22,341 bases of DNA, from NCBI GenBank assembly GCA_048938295.1, contig JBHLMI010000036.1, positions 1 to 22,341 on the forward strand. The letters run 5' to 3'. This DNA comes from Promethearchaeota archaeon. Its GTDB lineage: Archaea > Asgardarchaeota > Hermodarchaeia > Hermodarchaeales > Hermodarchaeaceae. The position numbers were made by a program, and so were the translations under genes. The notes beneath the pieces were generated by a model. That model saw nothing but the letters and a program-made list of their open reading frames with translations. It had not been told where the DNA came from and ran no database searches. Of this stretch, positions 18,329 to 22,341 are shown one piece after another (position 1 is the first letter of the stretch; every line of letters begins with the position of its first letter).

Positions 18329-18519
18329 TACCTGCCTACTAAAAATATCTAATAACCCAACCCTTTAGGCTATACATTTCAAGCAAATGCAACCGCAATC
18401 AAAGGCCACCGTAATCTAAAATCTCTAAAACCGAATAATCTTCCGAAACCTTAAGAATGGGATAACTATTATCGAATCCTTGTTGAGATACAACTGATAA
18501 CTGGCTTTCGGTGAGAACG

Positions 18520-18750
18520 ATGAGTGATGAACCTCCGAGTACTATGGGTAAGGCATTTCGATATACTACAATCGGATGTGAGATTATTGTTTTTGCGTTG
18601 GTTGGATGGATTGTAGGACCGTACATCTTTGGGCATAATGGTGATATTATTGGGGCATTGATTGGAGCCCTGATTGGGACGTTGATGATGTTTTGTACAC
18701 TATTCTATCTTGCAGGCATGTTTGGGCGAAGAAAAGAAACGAAGGAATAA
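18520..18750 (+). CDS. AtpZ/AtpI-like (ATPase gene 1) small two-helix membrane protein
   Basis: SD GGTGA precedes ATG 18520. The pattern IGCEIIVFALVGWIVG...IGALIGTL resembles AtpZ/AtpI-family proteins (G.E......G...G), and the gene lies directly upstream of ATPase subunit C. Confidence 0.6.
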   Translation: MSDEPPSTMGKAFRYTTIGCEIIVFALVGWIVGPYIFGHNGDIIGALIGALIGTLMMFCTLFYLAGMFGRRKETKE

Positions 18751-18790
18751 GGAGAAGGCTTATCACAGAGAATGGGAGAGATGAGGGGTA

Positions 18791-19840
18791 ATGTCAGTTG
18801 CGCGATATAGTTTCATCAATGCTAAAATTCGGTCTATGAAGGCAGATATCCTCACATCTGAACAGTGGGATGCACTTATTGGTGCTCGTGATATGTTCAG
18901 CGCTCTGCGGATTCTTGATGCTACCAGTTACGCCCAACTTGTTCAGGATATGGGTGAGACAACTTCACCTATTGAAGTTGAACGGGTCCTACAATTAGAC
19001 TTCAACAAAGTGTTAATTGAAATCAAAAATGATATTCCCACTGCAAATCAGACATTAATGACATGGATTACGAGGAAATTCCAAAAAGAAGTAGTCAAGA
19101 GTCTTCTTCGACTATTCACTTCTGGATCAGATCAGGCTACCGCAGAAAGACTTCTCATTCCCCTAGAACCCTTTAGCTCTAGTCGCCTAATGACTTTTCT
19201 CGAAGCAAAGGATCTACGATCAATGGTTTCTCAAATTCCTGATCAATTCTTTCAACTTGAAATACAAAAAACGTTACCTCAATATGAAGAAACAGGAAAC
19301 CTGTTCATCGTTGAACACACACTAGATACAACGGTCTTCCAGAATCTGTTTCGAGAAGTCCAACAACTTGAAGAACAAGATCGGGAAATCACTGCAAGAC
19401 TTGTTGGCACCGAGATCGATTTACTGAACCTTATGATTACTCTCCGTTCGCATTTTCTTGGTTTTTCTTCAACCGAAACGGAAGAACTCTTGATAAAGAC
19501 TCCTTACCGATTGCCTTTGGATTTATGCCAAAGAGCCCTACTGTCAAGAAACCTCGAAGAAAGAATCCGAATACTCCAATCCAGTTACTATAGGGATCTC
19601 ATTTCACGGAGCTGGGAAGCCTATGAGCTAGATCAGGGTCTGGGAGCCTTCGAACACAATGCCCATGTACTGATCCGAACGGATAGCGAAGAAGCCATGA
19701 TTGGGTATCCCTTTCACTTTGGCATTGTGCTAGGGTTTCTTAACTTGAAATGGTATGAGACAATTAATCTAAAAGCTGTCATGAATGGGAAAGCAGACCA
19801 ACTTGACTCAAATATAATACGACGAGCGCTAATTCTATAG
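18791..19840 (+). CDS. atpC: A/V-type ATP synthase subunit C (d-like)
   Basis: N-terminal RYSFINAKIRSM..DIL, EIDLLNL...LR and C-terminal LNLKWYETINLKAVMNGK; 349 aa. Confidence 0.88.
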   Translation: MSVARYSFINAKIRSMKADILTSEQWDALIGARDMFSALRILDATSYAQLVQDMGETTSPIEVERVLQLDFNKVLIEIKNDIPTANQTLMTWITRKFQKEVVKSLLRLFTSGSDQATAERLLIPLEPFSSSRLMTFLEAKDLRSMVSQIPDQFFQLEIQKTLPQYEETGNLFIVEHTLDTTVFQNLFREVQQLEEQDREITARLVGTEIDLLNLMITLRSHFLGFSSTETEELLIKTPYRLPLDLCQRALLSRNLEERIRILQSSYYRDLISRSWEAYELDQGLGAFEHNAHVLIRTDSEEAMIGYPFHFGIVLGFLNLKWYETINLKAVMNGKADQLDSNIIRRALIL

Positions 19841-19905
19841 TGTTACACAATTAAAGAGGGCAATTGCAGGAAAACCTTAATGGGTGAAACCCAGGGTGCT
19901 CAAGT

Positions 19906-20280
19906 ATGAGCAAAAAAGAATTACTTTTTGATGAGAACCTAAGCACTTCTCGTAAAACACTGGCCGGCCAACTTTATCAATTATTATTAGCCGATAACTG
20001 GGAGTGTCATTCTGTCCATGATTTTCCCGAACTCATTGGTCACTCCGATGAAGAAGTCATCGCCTATGCGAAACAACAGGGTTGGTCACTTCTGACCCTC
20101 GACAAACGGATGGCCTACCTATCTGTCAAGGACAATGTACCCACGTACCTCATTCTTCATGAAAAGCGTAGTGACGACGAAGAGGAAATCGAAGAATACA
20201 CCGTGGTCCATCTTGAACCCTTTGCATCAGTCGAAGCTCGAAAAAGCTACGATGCCAAGCTCTCAGAAACACGTAAGTAA
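19906..20280 (+). CDS. PIN-like domain protein (DUF5615 / Mut7-C PIN type)
   Basis: Acidic motifs LLFDENL, SDEEVIAYA and LLTLDK. Confidence 0.75.
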   Translation: MSKKELLFDENLSTSRKTLAGQLYQLLLADNWECHSVHDFPELIGHSDEEVIAYAKQQGWSLLTLDKRMAYLSVKDNVPTYLILHEKRSDDEEEIEEYTVVHLEPFASVEARKSYDAKLSETRK

Positions 20281-20296
20281 ATCCATAGGATGAACA

Positions 20297-20653
20297 TCAG
20301 AATATCCGTCTTTCCTTGACGGTTCCGATGAACTTATCATAATCCCCTTTACTAACCGAAAAGATTAGTGTCTTTGTTCCTGAATCAGTATCATATGATA
20401 AATAAAGCGTCGTTGGACCACCACTCCAGCGTTCATAACTGTGCCCTGTGAGGGCCTCAATGGGAAACGCATACTTTCGGGTTTTCTCTTTCTTGAAGGT
20501 CCCCTTGACCTCAAGAAAAACGAACTCCTTTTCTGTGAGTACCAATTCACCTTTGGTCTTTTCGAGTGTGCGAAATCCGCTATCATCTCGGATTTCATGA
20601 GTTGCCTTAATGGAAACAATGACATTGGCTCCTGAAAACAAATCTTCAGTCAA
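20297..20653 (-). CDS. Hypothetical protein with a probable PH/GRAM-like fold
   Basis: TTG start after GAGGT. Contains GELVLTEKEFVFL, an alternating beta-strand pattern and a C-terminal helix (DYDKFIGTVKER). Confidence 0.6.
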   Translation of the reverse strand: MTEDLFSGANVIVSIKATHEIRDDSGFRTLEKTKGELVLTEKEFVFLEVKGTFKKEKTRKYAFPIEALTGHSYERWSGGPTTLYLSYDTDSGTKTLIFSVSKGDYDKFIGTVKERRIF

Positions 20654-20709
20654 AATTAAACAACCTCTGATGCACCGTAACTCTATTAGATATAAGCGTT
20701 CAGTAGGTG

Positions 20710-21759
20710 CTACCGAATCGCCTTTTGAATGGCTTTGATGATTTGATGGTAGACCTCTTCAGCTTCTTTCGAGGATACGACACCTTTCACTAGGATATTG
20801 CCCTCACCAACAACACTCACTTCGATCTCCTTCGTATATTGTACTTGAACGCCCATGTTGGTGTGTCCGATAAGAGAGTATTTGTCACGAAGCAGTTCAG
20901 TTGCCTTGTGAATATCAATAGATTGTGGGTTAGTTGAATGCACCAAGAAAGTCTCTTCTGAGCACAATTCCGTAATTTCCAGTCTGGATTCTGCCTGAGG
21001 TTTATCAAGTACAGCCCCAGCGCCACATACAGGACAATTATCATATGACCGAAGTGGGACTTGGTCTAGCTGAAACCGGTTAATATCAAACACGAGAAGT
21101 TGATTCGCAAGCAATGGCGGCTTGCCCAAGATTAGATTGAGCACTTCTTGCACTTGGAGATTGGCGATTACTCCCAAGATCGTTGGATAAATGCCCACAG
21201 TTGCACAAGTCGGCTGATCTTCTTCCACGCCAGAAAAGACACATTCAAGACACGCAGTTTCACCAGGAATAATGGTCGTTACATTGCCTACCCCGGCCAA
21301 AGCGCCTGCAAACACGTAGGGCACTTTCTGCCGCACACAGGCTCTGTTAATGGCATACCGGGGCTTGAAACTATCTAATCCATCCACCACCATATCCATT
21401 CCCTCAACAACTCGGTTAGCAGTAGCTTCTGTCACGGATAGCGCGAGTGGTTCAATGTTCACATCCATATTGATTTGTTGCAAGCGTTTGAGCGCCACCT
21501 CCACCTTTGGCTTTCCCTCATCCTTTGCCGTGTATAACAGCTGTCGTTGCAGATTGGACAGCTCCACGATATCCCGATCAACAATGCGTAATGACCCCAC
21601 ACCCAGCGAAGCTAACTGGCGAGCCGAAACCGTACCCAGCCCCCCAATCCCCACCACCGCCACTTTCGATTTCCGAATCCGAAACAACCCGTCCTCCCCA
21701 ATATCCGCAAGGACACGAAACCGACTATACCGATCTTCATCCAACTTAAGTCCCACCAC
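20710..21759 (-). CDS. ThiF/MoeB/HesA-family E1-like adenylyltransferase with a C-terminal extension
   Basis: Motifs RYSR, VGIGGLG, DRDIVELSNLQRQ, VVDGLDSF, ACLECV, PTCATVG and NCPVCG. Confidence 0.93.
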   Translation of the reverse strand: MVGLKLDEDRYSRFRVLADIGEDGLFRIRKSKVAVVGIGGLGTVSARQLASLGVGSLRIVDRDIVELSNLQRQLLYTAKDEGKPKVEVALKRLQQINMDVNIEPLALSVTEATANRVVEGMDMVVDGLDSFKPRYAINRACVRQKVPYVFAGALAGVGNVTTIIPGETACLECVFSGVEEDQPTCATVGIYPTILGVIANLQVQEVLNLILGKPPLLANQLLVFDINRFQLDQVPLRSYDNCPVCGAGAVLDKPQAESRLEITELCSEETFLVHSTNPQSIDIHKATELLRDKYSLIGHTNMGVQVQYTKEIEVSVVGEGNILVKGVVSSKEAEEVYHQIIKAIQKAIR

Positions 21760-21822
21760 TAAGTGGTATATTATCTACCAAACTGTAATTCTTGACTTTT
21801 TCTCAAACTCTAAAGAACCATG

Positions 21823-22341
21823 TTAAATCCGCATAATCAGCATAAACGACACAAGCAGAGCGTATATGGCGAGCGCCTCCGCTAGTACCACGGGTACCAT
21901 TGATTTGCTAAAGATTTCTGGCTTCTTCGCAATCGCGCCGATCAATCCTGCTCCAGCCCAGCCAATCGCAATACCCGCCATCAACGCACCCAACCCCACC
22001 GTTGCTGCAGCCGCCACTCCCACAAACGCCCCAATGTCCGTAATCGCATCCAACCGCATCACCAACATAAACGCTGTCAACAAGCCATAAATCCCAAGCG
22101 CCTCCGCCAAGACCACGGCAACCAAGCCTTTACTGAAAGACTCCGGTGAAGACCGGATCCCCGTGCACAACGCCTCACCCGAATACCCGATACCCAAACC
22201 ACCACCAATCCCCGCAACCCCAATCGCCAACCCCGCTCCAATTGCCAGCCATCCCTGAGCAGCGAATGCCGCCGATTCTATCCGCATCACCACCATGAAG
22301 CCCACCAACAACCCGTATATCCCCAACGCTTCAGCAAGGAC
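21823..22341 (-). CDS. atpK: A/V-type ATP synthase proteolipid subunit K (c) with at least three fused repeats; 5' end lies beyond the window
   Basis: The frame is open to the window edge (173 codons including the stop). It contains three copies of V(V)LAEAL(G/A)IY.LL, with Glu codons at 22332-22330, 22104-22102 and 21879-21877. Confidence 0.93.
   Translation of the reverse strand, partial: VLAEALGIYGLLVGFMVVMRIESAAFAAQGWLAIGAGLAIGVAGIGGGLGIGYSGEALCTGIRSSPESFSKGLVAVVLAEALGIYGLLTAFMLVMRLDAITDIGAFVGVAAAATVGLGALMAGIAIGWAGAGLIGAIAKKPEIFSKSMVPVVLAEALAIYALLVSFMLIMRI

Noticed and set aside
18260-18345. tRNA-like 3' end (GTTCGAAACC...CCTACTA) as a possible tRNA remnant or att site
   Set aside because: No acceptor, D or anticodon stems can be paired. 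GTTCGAA is explained by the 18310-18328 hairpin.
18399-18626. 75-aa minus-strand ORF between DinB and subunit C
   Set aside because: It is antisense to the AtpZ-like gene, which has the SD and family pattern, and it shows no motif of its own.
1-22341. CRISPR array, rRNA, intact tRNA, integrase or long direct repeats
   Set aside because: No regularly spaced repeats or recognisable conserved RNA or integrase motifs were seen on manual reading. A tool scan could still find weak ones.

Overview
Archaeal genomic DNA, judged from A/V-type ATP synthase subunits, an Alba remnant, a RIO kinase, GGTGA/GGAGGT Shine-Dalgarno motifs and TATA-like boxes. An Asgard-type lineage is plausible but cannot be proven from this window. 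From left to right the window holds: the 5' end of a TnpB-like ORF running off the left edge, with a hairpin-rich stretch upstream that no listed ORF explains; a RIO kinase; fdhD; a decayed membrane-protein gene; an Fe-S flavoprotein that appears to start at CTG; a frameshifted ICMT-family gene; a histidine utilisation cluster (hutU-ftcD-hutI, with a convergent hutH carrying an ~83-aa insertion); an Alba pseudogene; an ABC exporter pair; a small membrane protein; and a P2A Ca2+-ATPase. The right third is a fragmented A/V-ATPase cluster (E, H, AtpZ/AtpI-like, C, and a K subunit with at least three repeats) interleaved with an AT-rich DinB gene, a PIN-like protein, a PH-like protein and a ThiF/MoeB enzyme. 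I found no CRISPR array, rRNA or intact tRNA. All family assignments come from motif recognition by eye, not from database searches.
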